A stretch of 64,000 nt of DNA from Neoechinorhynchus agilis. Taxonomy: Eukaryota; Animalia; Acanthocephala. The stretch covers positions 1,148,389 through 1,212,388 of the forward strand of contig CM121343.1 of NCBI GenBank assembly GCA_051530055.1. The letters run 5' to 3'. Both the position numbers and the translations under genes were made by a program. The notes under the pieces were generated by a model that saw only the letters and a list, made by a program, of their open reading frames with translations, searched no databases and had not been told where the DNA came from. Below are positions 33,918-45,872 of this stretch, in pieces. The stretch's first letter is position 1. Each line of letters opens with the position of its first letter.

Positions 33918-35972
33918 TACCTTTGTTGGTTCAGCTATTATCTCTCGGACGTATTCTAAATCATTGTCAACATAGTTCGCCGAGGCAACGGTAAATGCGA
34001 ACCAGATACTCTCTATTGACTTCTCGTGCGACTCTGTAGCGCGGATGACAGAGCGAATTCATTTCCTCGAGGGATCATTAGTCTCCGAAAAGAAAGTATA
34101 TAACGGTACTCAATAAGCTCTTAATTATTTTTTGTTGTACGTTAAACGATGCGCATCTTTTAAATCGTCTCGAGCAGTTCCCGCCCGAATGTTCATCTGC
34201 ACAATACGCATAGAAGATTTTCTTAGTTGAGCAATATTGTGCCCAATGACCCCATTGCTGGCATCCGATTTACCGTGGATATAACTTCCAGAGATCGGAA
34301 GAAGGAATTTAATTGTGTCAATATTAGCCTTTAAGACCGCTCTAGATGTCGGTTTTAAACTCTTGATGGTTCATCTTCATCGAAATCCGGAATATTTATT
34401 GAGACATGAGCTGTTCTCGTACACGATGCCGAGATCATTTTTCGGGGTTAAGAAACTTTGATATTGTATTCGATGGATTTCCGAAGGATTTTGACGAGCC
34501 GTTAAGCAAAGTACTTCCTGTTAAGAATTTCTCTTGGTTGAATCGAGTTTGAAATAATCGAAATGGATTTCTTGATGGAGGTTCGAGATATGGTGGATCA
34601 GATGAAGAGCTAATTTGGTTTATATTTTGAACAATTGTTTTTTTTTCAGTTTCTAAGTGATTGAGAGCATCAGAACATTGGGTGGCCAATCGCCTTGCTT
34701 CGAAGGCGAACTTGTGCAACGGAATCAATAGATCTAAGATATTCATGCACTTTACAGCGTGGCTGAGTTTATTGTAAGGAAGAGTAAAAAGAGTGTTTCC
34801 TTCAGACGTAACCGGATCATAGGCATCAAAGTCGTTAGATGGAATTCTAAAAAAAAACGATATCGTCTTTAAAGAGTCGTTTTCCGCGTGATCCAATATT
34901 CGAGCATAAGTTCCAAGTAAATCTCAGCGAGATCATATTGGTAATTGAGCTCAATGATTAATAGAGCAAATCACTCATTGGACTTCTTGATTCGAGCGAC
35001 TTGCCATAGAAAACGACTTTGCCGAATCAAGCCCAAAAAGGTCACAGAATGACAGCTTTTCAACCAAGAGCTAAAGTGCGCGCATTTTAGACAAATCGTT
35101 TGAATTGCTGCAACATTCCAGAATCCGGAAGAACACTACAGGCGTGACCATCGTCCTGGACCTTTTTTTGTCAGGACAATTCCATCCCAAGAAGTGGATG
35201 CGTCACGCGCGACTCAACATGATGACGTAAATGAAAGATACGATATTAACAACACGGCTGCAGAAGAAGCGAAAAAAGTGGAAGCTTCGAAGTGTCAAAC
35301 TTGGTGTCTCGTGACTGTTTCGTCTTGGATTTCATATTCTTTTTGTTTGTGTTCTTTTGAACGCAATTGTTCATCGTCATTGTCGGAATATAGAGACATC
35401 AACCAACATGGATTTTAGACTTTTCATCGCTCGAGTCACAATTGAAAATGGAAAAGAATATTGAGTTTTTTCTCTCTTGGCGATCTTAAAAACTAAAACT
35501 GTCGAGGTGAAATTCTAATTGTTTCGCATCTCCCCTCTACGGAGTTCCAATGACATTTGAGTCTTTAAGCTGAATATTGCAGGCTCAACCTTGCTTCTAA
35601 AGTGTAGGCTTTTCGTCTTTCAATTTGTTTGACTAAAATAATTTAGGTACATGATCCAATAACATCATAATTGTTAAGATTTGGAAAGAAATTATTACTG
35701 GGCTAATTTTTCATTTTTGAACTTTGAGTTTTGGGATAATGCTTGAAGACCATTAGAAGCATTTAATCTGTTTTAAATTGGCATCTATAGAGCCTGAGGC
35801 CACGAGCATGAAAGTGGTAAAAAAGTCGATGATCTCGTGAGATAAGTTCATTGCAGATTTCTCTTGTCATTTCTAATTCTATGTTCAATTACTTTCGTTA
35901 ACATATTTGAATTGTTTGGGTGGTCCAAAAAACTTTTCGTTTAGACCATCCACGTAAATATTTTACTTCTGT

Positions 35973-36028
35973 ATAAGCCTCGCAATCCAACGAGGAAATG
36001 CGGTCAGCGTCCGGGGGACGATTTAATC
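35973..36028 (+). mobile_element. 56-bp CRE 3'-end scrap (inverted identical copy at 44124-44179)
   Basis: Translates ISLAIQRGNAVSVRGTI*, the CRE C-terminal QRGNA motif. Confidence 0.8.
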
Positions 36029-36445
36029 CAAAATTGTCCTTTAAAAAGAAACAATAAAAAGATTATTTTTTGTACTAGTTTGCGACCATCGCAACCTTTA
36101 TTTCTAACATAGACAGCGTATTGCGCCTTTAATTGATAGTTGCCTTAGTCTCATTTTTAACCATTATATTTTTTAAGTTTCCGCACTTTATTAGCCTTCA
36201 AATAACATGAATTTATTTAAGTACTGACGGAAACTTTCGTGACTAATGAAACAAGATTGCTCGCTGCAGCTGTAAAGCATATTTAAAGCGATTTTGATTC
36301 ATAAATCATTGATTGCTGTTGAAGATCATATCATTATTCGACTAAATTCATGTCATTTAAAGCCGCTTTTCAACAAATCGATTTATTTGCATTGCTAGGC
36401 AACAAGATTGTTTTTGCTTATAAATAGATTTCATCGATACTCTAG

Positions 36446-37651
36446 ATGACTGAATCCCCCGTCATTGATAATCAAAAGTCGGATGTTGGCAATGAACGGT
36501 ATTACTACGTCGCCAGCGTTCGCATGATCTTACCTTATCTCTAGAACTTGTTGGGTATGCCTGGGTACTGATTTAGACGACCCTGCCGCTGAGTGGGTAA
36601 GTCCTTGCAGATGTAGCGGAGGAACGAAATGGGTACACACCTCGTGCCTTCATCAATGGATCGATGAAAAACAAGCCGGAAATGCAAGCTTGAAAGTAAA
36701 ATGCCCACAATGCAAAACCGAATATGACATTGCGTTTCCTCCCCGAGGTATTCCACTCATATTCTCTCCTTAGAATGCTCAATATTAACCACGTAGGTTG
36801 TTTGTCGCGGTTTTGCAATTGGATTGATCGAATAATCGATCAATTTAGTCCATTCTTTGGCGGCGGGCTTCTTGTCGGTGCCATTTACTGGACGGCTACA
36901 ACATATGGCGCGGTTACAGTTATGCAGGTATACTTGATTATTTTGCCTTTGAATTGAATACGCTGTTTAACGAAAGGTATTTGGAGAGGAGGAAGGCTTA
37001 AAGCTCATTGAGAGAGCTGATCCATCTCTCGTGTTGATTGGACTTCCTGCGATTCCAACACTGTTGATCACCAGTAGAATGATCCGATGGGAGCAGTTAT
37101 TACTCCAGACAACCAGGGACTTTACTCGTAAATTGCAACAAATGCGCTGCCGCTGTAAGAGCGTTTTTTGCCTTCGATGGAACTTATCAGTAGTTGTAGG
37201 GTTCGGTGGTTCTGACATGAGAAGCGAAACAGAATTGGTTCGATTACCTTCCCCGCGGAGTTTGATTGCCATCAACACCAGTATCACCCGACTCATTAAT
37301 GGTGGACTCATTTTGCCTACTGTTGCTACAACAGTCGGAAATCTCTTATATTTCAGAATAAACTCACGCCTCGAAAGAGCACTGCTTGTGAGTATTCATT
37401 TTAATTGCACGCGCAGCGGCACCTAAGTTTTAAATCGTTTTTATCGATAGGGCGGAGCCACATTTGTGATTTTAAAAGGTCTTCTTAGGATGCATAATTC
37501 GAACTGTGAATATCAGAGACAAGCTTATAGAATCATTCGAAATTTCGACCCACTCCGTCAAGTTGACGAATCAACATTTGGGGACCGTGATGATCGCGAT
37601 GAAAACGATGAAACGGATGATATAAGTGAGGATGATACGTCGGATTATTAG
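36446..37651 (+). CDS. MARCHF5: Mitochondrial RING-CH E3 ligase MARCH5 (about 5 exons)
   Basis: CWVCLGTDLDDPAAEWVSPCRCSGGTKWVHTSCLHQWIDEKQ...CPQCKTEY; AIYWTATTYGAVTVMQ; GLPAIP.LLI..RMIRWE; GGLILPTVAT.VG. Confidence 0.93.
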
Positions 37652-38029
37652 AGCTGAAAAATACCGTGAATTTATTATTTATTGATTGACATTATTTAGA
37701 AATAAATTTCAATGATCAATAAACGAAATTTTCAGCACCGATAGCAATTCTCACACATGAACACTTTTGAACATTTCTTCATGTCGGTTTCAAAACGTAA
37801 GCTTCATTTTAATTTATATAAAATTTTAAGGTTCTAAATTGTATTTTAGTTTAATAATAAAATTTTCAATGATGGAAATTAAGATTGAAGGCAAACTTTC
37901 AGCAGTTTTGTTGATTTATTATAGAATTTTAAATATTTCCGCATTAAATTGAGAAATTCTGAGTTTAAAATTGTAAGTCGCGTGCCATCTGAAATATACG
38001 ACCTTTTGAGATTCTTATGGTAATAAAAT

Positions 38030-38930
38030 CTATAAACAGTACGAGGAAACAAATCGTTTTGCAATACTTTCTATTTCATGTATCTTTTGTAAAATTTTCA
38101 AACTGTTGTGTTTCTTAATTGGCTCATTGCTACTGATGATGAATCCGACGAGTTTCGCAGGACTTTTAAACAATAATTCCAATCGTATGACCCGGAAACT
38201 CCTCACATATCCACCTAAGAGATATTCATTTGTAGGAAAAAGTGTTTGTGTATCATTCAATTTTTGTGACGGTATGTGGAGAGGTTCCTGTTTTATGTGA
38301 TTAAAAGAGTGGTATTTAGAAGCCTTCACCCTGTTAAAGAGTTCATTAAATAGTCATTCCGTTCTTACTCGCGTTCATTGTCACCACTGTGGTAGCCATA
38401 TAACAACAACTAGTTTGTTATTCGAACTCTGCCTCCCAACTAGCACACGCTATCTATATGTGTGTGGTCCGAGTCGATATTCAATGTGACACGCATACTT
38501 TCATGTGTATCGCATGGATCGATACTTAGTCCGCATCGCAACCACTTCTTTTTATATAACTGATGATGAATCCGACGATGTCAGTAGAACGTCTCTGATA
38601 AACTGTTTGCTGGGTGAAGACTTCTAAACAATAATTCTAATCACAAAACCCGGAAACTCCTCACATATCCACCTAAGAGATATTCATTTGTAGGAAAAAG
38701 TGTTTGTGTATCATTCAATTTTTGTGACGGTATGTGGAGAGGTTCCTGTTTTATGTGATTAAAAGAGTGGTATTTAGAAGCCTTCACCCTGTTAAAGAGT
38801 TCATTAAATAGTCATTCCGTTCTTACTCGCGTTCATTGTCGCAATTTCTTTTTATATAACTGATGATGAATCCGACGATGTCAGTAGAACGTCTCTGATA
38901 AACTGTTTGCTGGGTGAAGACTTCTAAATA
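38030..38930 (-). repeat. ~2.3 tandem copies (periods about 458 and 300 bp) of a decayed, possibly CK1-like kinase segment
   Basis: 38551-38627 repeated at 38851-38927; 38191-38370 repeated from 38649. Minus translation PLHIPSQ...FRVIRLELLFKS resembles CK1 QLHIESK...NVMVMELLGPS. Confidence 0.7.
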
Positions 38931-39285
38931 GCACACTTCTAAATAATTTTTGTGTTCTAAGTTTGTGTAAATTGCCTAAGTTAGGTTCGAAGGATCGATC
39001 GCTTCTCTAAAAAACTTTTGATACGCCTCACAACGCTATTGCTTCGACCACACCGAAATTCGCCAATACAGTACATGATGTAATGAAGGGTGGTCAATAT
39101 TGAATTTCGAAAGTTGCTATAAATTTTTCAACTGGGCGCCGTGCTGTAATCTTTAAACTAATTTTAGTGAATTATATTAAGGAAAGTCGTACTCTTGAAG
39201 AGGTATCCAAATGCGCTCCTACTCCTCCCTAGTTTGCGGCACAAAACTGGTATGGCCATTTCGTATGTGTTTATTAAAAAAGCAG

Positions 39286-40124
39286 TTAATTGAGCACTGC
39301 TATACTAAAACTATTGAATTCATCGATGATATCCGTTTCTCTGCTGTGACCGATTTTTTCGTTTTATATTGTCGAGATTTTTTGTGATATGATCATGCAG
39401 TTGAATCTGGACGAAATGTATGAGAATAATAAGGATCCCTTATATCAGTTTTACTCACGTAATACGTCTGCAATGTAAGCATCATTTCTCTGTAGCCGTT
39501 AAATTGTATTTTATCAAGCTCAATGAGTGCACAAATATAGTCATCAATTGTCGGATTTCTTAGTATTCGCGCAATCACCTTAGCTCTATCAAAATGATAT
39601 ATGTAGAGAGCATCAATACATTTGAACATTGACGATTGAACGTTGTTCACTTCATCTCTTATTGTCAGCTGAACTAACACAGAGAGGTCCTGAGTTTCCT
39701 CGATCTTCGGGATGAACGTATTGATCCATAGTTTTAACGTTGAACAGCTTTCCATCATGTGCATAACGAACGGTCTGACGACTTCGACTACTTCCTTCAA
39801 TGGAGCATTATAACTGATCACTTCTTGTGATTGATTTGACAATTTAGACTGCTTTCTAATATCAGATGCTTCTTTTATCCTTTCTGCCCACTTCTGAGAG
39901 AATAGTTCGGTCTATATAGTAGTCAGAGAGTACTAATAAAGTGACATGTGCCAAAAAATTACCTTCAATAAATCCGTAATTTTCAGAGCTTTTAATGGGA
40001 ATTCATGAACCACTAGAAATTCGGAGTCCCTTCGTATTTCGGCTATAATCTTGCACACTCGGTTGTCTTGCTTAAAGGCAACGATCGGTTTCCTGTCGTC
40101 GCTTTTCACCGACTTATCGGGCAT
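39286..40124 (-). CDS. PSME3: Proteasome activator PA28 (PSME3-like), about 3-4 exons, divergent
   Basis: SEFLVVHEFPLKALKITDLLK; NAPLKEVVEVVRP; LKLWINTFIPKIE; RAKVIARILRNPTIDDY; QLHDHITKNLDNIKR. Confidence 0.85.
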
Positions 40125-42647
40125 CTAATAAGCGATCAACGTCTCAATCGTAATGAGTTCGATTGAACTCATCCAGTGGAAAGGCGTTGCTTATATACTC
40201 AAGAATGTTGATGACACATCAACCTTTTGTGTACCATGTACTTCTCTTTGTGAGCGTTCACGTGCGTACGAGCCGAATTTTCAAGAAAGGAAACATTGTT
40301 CGAGATTGTGTTTACAAATAGCATCGTGGTTCATATTCTCCTAGCTATCGTTGGATCATTCATAAGGACGTCAATTTCTTCAAGTTTATCGAGAATCATT
40401 TGACATTGTTCATGATATCGGCATTTATTGCTTCTTCCAAATAAGTAGGCCAATTTTTCAGAATGCCTCAAGCACTCTTGTTTTGAACATAATTTGCTAC
40501 TGGCACAGTAGACCACGGCATTTTTCTATCGATCTCTCTTTTCCCACACAGATATATGTTTCGTCGTACTCGAAATGTATCTCTTGAATATTCGCTACAA
40601 AACCAGTCTTCACAGCTCGTGATTGTTTCCTTTGAATTCCAACGTTTCTGTCAAGGCTATCGAAACGGCATTTTTATTTGAACTAATAAGTGAAATGTCG
40701 ATTTTTCTTTAATAGAATGACTATTTGGGGGCGCTCGGTAAAGAAAAAGCACTTTTTCTTCACAGAACACACCAAAAAATCTAATGATAAAAAGCCGGCA
40801 GATTCCGAGTGAGATCTCTGAACGTATAACGCAAATGTGAACGGAGTTTTAATAATAACACGTTTTATTTGTTGATTTACAAAGAAGAGGACCCATGTAC
40901 CTTTGGTCTTCACACAGATATTCCGGGTTGGTTTGGGTGGTAGAACTGTGCGATTTACGTTTAATTTATCCTTGTGGTCACGGTAAATTGTTCAAAATGG
41001 TCCTGAGTGACACTTGTCATTGTGCATATTGAAGCAAAGCTTAAACATCGCAAAAAATGAAGAAATCAGTACTAGAGAAGAGGAAATTGAAAAGTGTATC
41101 TCCTCCTTAAAAAGGTAATTTGAGTTGGTGACTTATCGACTGATTTCTAAACCGCATGTTTTCTTTTCAATTGTCCTTATTTTTTTTGCAATTTGAGTCT
41201 CACAAAATTGCAATTCATTCAGATAATATTGGTGCCATTTGAACCATTAAATAGATGCACATAAATTAGATGATTTAGACAGGTAAAATGCGATTTTATG
41301 AGTTGCGCCAAATGAAAGGAACACCATTTATAGATATCTCTCTTTTTGGCGTATTTGGAAATGGTCAACAAACCAAAGAATTCTAATCGTCCAAATTAGA
41401 TACTTTATGTTTGTAAATAATCAATGGAACCCATCGGTTTTCCAAAGTTCAATATGTGAGGAGGTATTGGATTATATGATTACAGAACCCATCGATTTCC
41501 TTTTCAGTTTCTAAATCACTGTGACAAAACTCATTAAGCTTAAAATTAAATTTGAAACATTGAATTTGTAGTACACAGGATTTATTGTAAATTTCAATTA
41601 GTGAGCACGATCTTCTAGCAAGGATAAAAACCCGAGAAATTTAATGAAGATTCAACGTGGTTAGGAACGTGCCGAATACTAATGGCGCGCTCCAATATGG
41701 ATCGATTATTGCCGATCAAACTCATGTGCGTTTAAGACAAGTTTGACGATAGCCAGGATCAGCTTTATTTTTCTGGAAAAACAAATGCTTCCATTTTAGC
41801 GACTAATTCTAAGACTGAATCAAAAGGCTTTCTAATTTTATTATGTTAATAGCAAATTTCGGTGCAAATCTTAAGGAGTTCGATAGAAGCCATTACTGAT
41901 CTACAGAAAGTCAGCGACGACATGACCAAACAAGCGTTAGTCCTGCTTGTGATTAGAGTTTTTAAAAGTCGGTGTCAGTGAACAAAATCGGATTTTAAGT
42001 CAAGTCAAAAATGGACGCCTAATCGATAAGAAATAAATCTGAGCAACATTTGAAAAAAGACCAAAAAGTAGTAAGAACTTTTCATTCAAAACATGAACTC
42101 AAAGTGTTCAATTACTAAGAATATAAGGCGAAGAATATCTCGGAAGAATCTTCATTTACGCCGGCCTGTGGTTTGGCACAAAAAAACATTTTGTCCATGG
42201 AAGCTTTAAAAAGTGCGGGTCGATTTGATTCTATTTTTACACGTCATAGTTTTATGGCGTGTGTAGAAGGAATTCTATTGGTATTTGGTTAGGCCGCGAT
42301 AAAAGATTCGTGTATAATCTGTACCTTTTTTTTAAAAGTTTGTGGACGATCACGACGTGGATGCCCGTTTTTGAGTTGCTCATAAATAATAACCGCCACT
42401 TTTGTGTGTGCGAAATGCGGAAACTAGATTTGATCGCTTAGTTTGATATCGCGCCAAAATCTGGACTAAAAGAGTCATTTGACGAAAACGTAAGAAATCC
42501 GTGCAGTCTTTTCTCATGTAAACCACACGCAAAACGACGTTCAATCTACTTTTGAACAATAGAGACGACGGCGACCGTATTTAGGCGATATGTTAAATCG
42601 GACATAGCGAACTCTTTTTAGATACAAAAAAATTGTTATTCTTCTTA

Positions 42648-43697
42648 ATGCAAGTAGAAGAGGGACAGGATGTAAAAAAAATGGGGTCAGTATTTTCGAC
42701 AAGTTCCGATTCAGAGCAGCCTATAAGTGAGCTTCGAGCGAGGCGACCGGGACAAAAGGAACAACAGCCTCTAGATCGGATTTCGAAGAGTATATCGACA
42801 GGGCAGATTAAGCAAGAAACGGAAGATGAGACACAAAGTCTGAATCTCATGGAACAAGTACTTTTATTGGGTCTTAAAGATAAGGAAGGTTATACAAGTT
42901 TTTGGAACGATGATATATCCACAGGACTAAGAGGAGCAATGTTGGTGGAGTTGGCTCTTCGAAAGCGGATCCGATTAGAAGCATGTGGACTACGACGCCG
43001 ACCTTTGTTAACTCGTCGGCTAATTTGCATTGATAGCACTCCTTTAGGTGATGCAATCCTCGATGAAGCTCTACGAAATATTAATACGTGCCCAAAATCA
43101 CATTCAGTGCCAACGTGGATCAGTCTGCTCAGTGGGGATACTTGGAATCCGTTCAATTATAATCTAAGGATTACTACCGTCAGAGAACGTATTGCTAAGA
43201 ATTTACATCAGGAAATCTTTAGACGTCTTTGCTGAAGATTTCCTGGTATAGTTGACAAAGGGATTTGTGGAACGAGCAAACAAAACTTTCTAGTCTTCGA
43301 TATGACTACACATCCCATCGTGGCCAATAACGATGAAAAAAGCAAACTTGTCGAAAACCTTCAAGCGTCAGTCTTAAGCCGATGGAATCCAACCATTAGG
43401 AAAATCGGCGTCCGTTCATTAGCTCTAATCTTTCTGGCTCACTCTTCGGATGTACTCGATAATGCTTTTAATACTCTATCTTCACAAGATTTCGATCTAG
43501 CCGGAAAACGAGTTCGACAGCTTCTGACCGTTGATCCTGAACAACAAATCAATGCATTATATGATGGAAACTTAGGGATCAACAATTCATTAGGTGAAGA
43601 AGACAACAAGAATGATGACCGGGAGAAGAACAATGTACAACCACCAGTTTCGTCCCTCGAGGTCTTATGGGCAGTTGTCGCAGCCTTAAATAAGTAA
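42648..43697 (+). CDS. GOLPH3: Golgi phosphoprotein 3 (Vps74), interrupted by a 45-nt insertion at 43206-43250
   Basis: LNLMEQVLLLGLKDKEGYTSFWNDDISTGLRG; GDAILDEAL; LSGDTWNP; VRERIAKNL|VDKG...KQNFLVFDMTTHP; LWAVVAA. Confidence 0.93.
43206..43250. mobile_element. 43-bp palindromic mini-insertion plus TA duplication (MITE-like or intron-forming)
   Basis: TA-catcaggaaatctt-tagacgtctttgctg-aagatttcctggta-TA; removing 45 nt restores the conserved KNLVDKG. Confidence 0.75.
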
Positions 43698-43997
43698 ACG
43701 AAGATTCACACACAAAAATCAAAAGGTTTTCAGCAGAACCTTAAGGTGAGCGCGTTTTAACAAAAGAAATCTTTGAAGCAAAGAAACTATTTCTTAAATC
43801 TCGCGAAGACTGCCTCTAAAATCAATCCACGTAAAATAAGAACTGAAACTCAAAAAAATCCCTCAATTTTTTAATTACAGTAATAAATAGAAAACATGGT
43901 GATTTTACCAGGATTCCAGCAGTGAAGTATTCGGAAACGAATTCTAGGAACTGCTCAAAGTGGTCATCGTTAGAGAAGAAAACGAGATTTAAAAAAT

Positions 43998-44376
43998 ATC
44001 GCACTTTCTAAATATTTAGATTGAAAAATGAAACTGCTCATGATTGTTGTGTAGTGGCGACAAAAATTATGTAAATTTATTGGATCGATATTTTTTTTTA
44101 AGTTCTACAATTTATTTTAAAATGATTAAATCGTCCCCCGGACGCTGACCGCATTTCCTCGTTGGATTGCGAGGCTTATTCTTTGTATCAGGAAAATCCT
44201 CTCGCGTCGCTCCCCTGTTTCTGCTTGGCTTAATCCAAAGCTTTTATCAAGATTGTTTTCGGAGGAAAATACAAGAAAGCCTCCGAAAACAATCTTGATA
44301 AAGAATTGAGTGGAAATATCGATTCAATAAATTTACACAATTATTGTCGCCACTACAACATAATCTAAATATTTGT
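43998..44376. repeat. Nested inverted repeats: outer 43998-44092 / 44312-44376, inner hairpin 44244-44303
   Basis: gtagtggcgaca...gtaaatttattg.atcgata versus its reverse complement; tttatcaagattgttttcggagg / cctccgaaaacaatcttgataaa. Confidence 0.8.
44124..44179 (-). mobile_element. 56-bp CRE 3'-end scrap, identical to 35973-36028
   Basis: Exact reverse-complement match by eye. Confidence 0.8.
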
Positions 44377-44393
44377 AAAGATATAATCCATTG

Positions 44394-44557
44394 TTTGTAA
44401 AAAGAAGGGAAGTAGTACAAATAATATTTTATTGAAATATTTCGACCTTCACGTGGGTCTTCTTCAGTCAATTGCTTTTTAAACTGAAGAAGACCCACGT
44501 GAAGGTCGAAATATTTCAATAAAATATTATTTGTACTACTTCCCTTCTTTTTACAAA
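44394..44557. repeat. Near-perfect fold-back repeat (75-bp arms, 14-bp spacer) of back-to-back hammerhead motifs
   Basis: Arms 44394-44468 and 44483-44557. Confidence 0.95.
44431..44472 (-). ncRNA. Minimal type I hammerhead ribozyme, intact core
   Basis: ATTGA-CTGAAGA-A-GACC-cacgtgaa-GGTC-GAAA-TA-TT-TCAAT-AAAA; the plus-strand copy (44484-44520) lacks the 5' strand of stem I. Confidence 0.85.
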
Positions 44558-44856
44558 TCTAAATATTGTGTTGTTGAAGCATCTTACACGGCTGATATGA
44601 TTTCTCTTGGGCACAAAGATCCCGCTGATCTGGGTAAGTGGATAAAATCAGACTTAATACTTCACACGCGGTTGTGAGTGTGTGCGCTTAGAATGAAATT
44701 GCCCCAACGTCTAATAGCAACTTGATCCATCGAATATCGATTGTGACGCTTTCATTCTACTTTCTTTCTCATTCACAGCGCTCGTTTGAACGTCTTTCTC
44801 TCTCATAAGCAGTGCGCGCGCGCATTTAAAGCGTATCCTTCAGTTTTCAGATCGGC

Positions 44857-45872
44857 ATGAAATCAGACTCTAAGGAGATTGACGCCTTTTCGGATCCTAG
44901 TATTCGAGCAGCCTTTGAATCGCCATCGTTTCCTTCTGATTACAATCCGTTTGTAATGCCAAATCCTCAACCGACAAATGTCATCAATATGTCGCCTGAC
45001 GCGCAGCCTAAAGTGATTCCTGTCGTTCAAAAGCAGATCGAAGCGTTCAAAGGTCAGCAAGTGACGTTAAATGCGGCGGCGAGCGACTTGAGAAATGAAC
45101 CACTTGCGGATATGTCTTACACCCGAGTAAAGAACTTCCCACCAATTCCATCATTCTGTCCATTTGAACCGTGTTTTCGACAGGATATTCACATGGACAT
45201 CCCTGTCGCTTACCAGAAATGGGCTCGTTACCTGTTTTATTTGTGCTTGTTGATGCAGGTCGTAATGGTGACAAACTTTGGTTCAATGTCCGTTTATGTG
45301 ATTGGAGATGCTGGACGCGCTTGGAGGGATTTTGTTCTATCGATATTATGGCTATTGCTAATTGGACCTTGTTCTTATGTCGGTTGGTTTCGTCCAATTT
45401 ACAACGCTTTAAGAGATGACAGTTCAATGAATTTCATGCTTTTCTTTTTTATGTTCTTTATCCATCTGACTTTTGTGGCAATCATGCTTATCGGAATACC
45501 TCACTTTGGATTCGCTGGATTCGCGTTTACAGTACAAATGCTATCATCACAGAAGTTTTTCCTCAAATTAGCCGGCTTCTTTGGTATAGTTACAACTATT
45601 GGGTTTATCGTCATAGGAGCCGCTGGTATTTTCTTGATGTTTAAGGTAAATATCATTTTGTGATTATTCGCGACTAACAGCTCTCTCTATCGAATTAGAT
45701 TTACAGTCTTTATGCTACAACCAATGGCAGTCTCGAGCGAGCACAACAGGAATTGGTTGGAGCCGTGTGGTCCAATGAAACAGCAAGGAGAGCAGCTTCT
45801 ACCATATTCACGCAATCTACAACTGCCAACACTACCCATTTTGGTAATCAAAATAATAATACAAGTCCATGA
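44857..45872 (+). CDS. SCAMP: Secretory carrier membrane protein (2 exons; intron about 45647-45699)
   Basis: YNPF motif; KNFPPIP.FCPFEPCFRQDI..DIP; SYVGWFRPIYNALRDDSSMNF..FFF; four TM helices; ERAQQE...SN. Confidence 0.93.

Noticed and set aside
34435-34896. 153-aa minus-strand ORF and nearby MRIVQMNIR (APE-like start)
   Set aside because: No further conserved motifs; left unannotated.
35194-35418. Possible BED-finger or hAT remnant (KCQTWC...SSSL)
   Set aside because: Cys/His spacing is incomplete and no transposase follows.
38133-38870. CTGATGA at 38133, 38560 and 38860 as hammerhead cores
   Set aside because: No stem II, GAAA or stem I arrangement; they are part of the tandem duplication.
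40500-40650. FEYDETY as a Merlin/ISXO2 DDE motif
   Set aside because: A single short motif with many stops and no TIRs.
43189-43251. Alternative 63-nt GT-AG intron in GOLPH3
   Set aside because: It would delete the conserved RIAKNL residues, so it is less plausible than the 27-nt model, though RNA data must decide.
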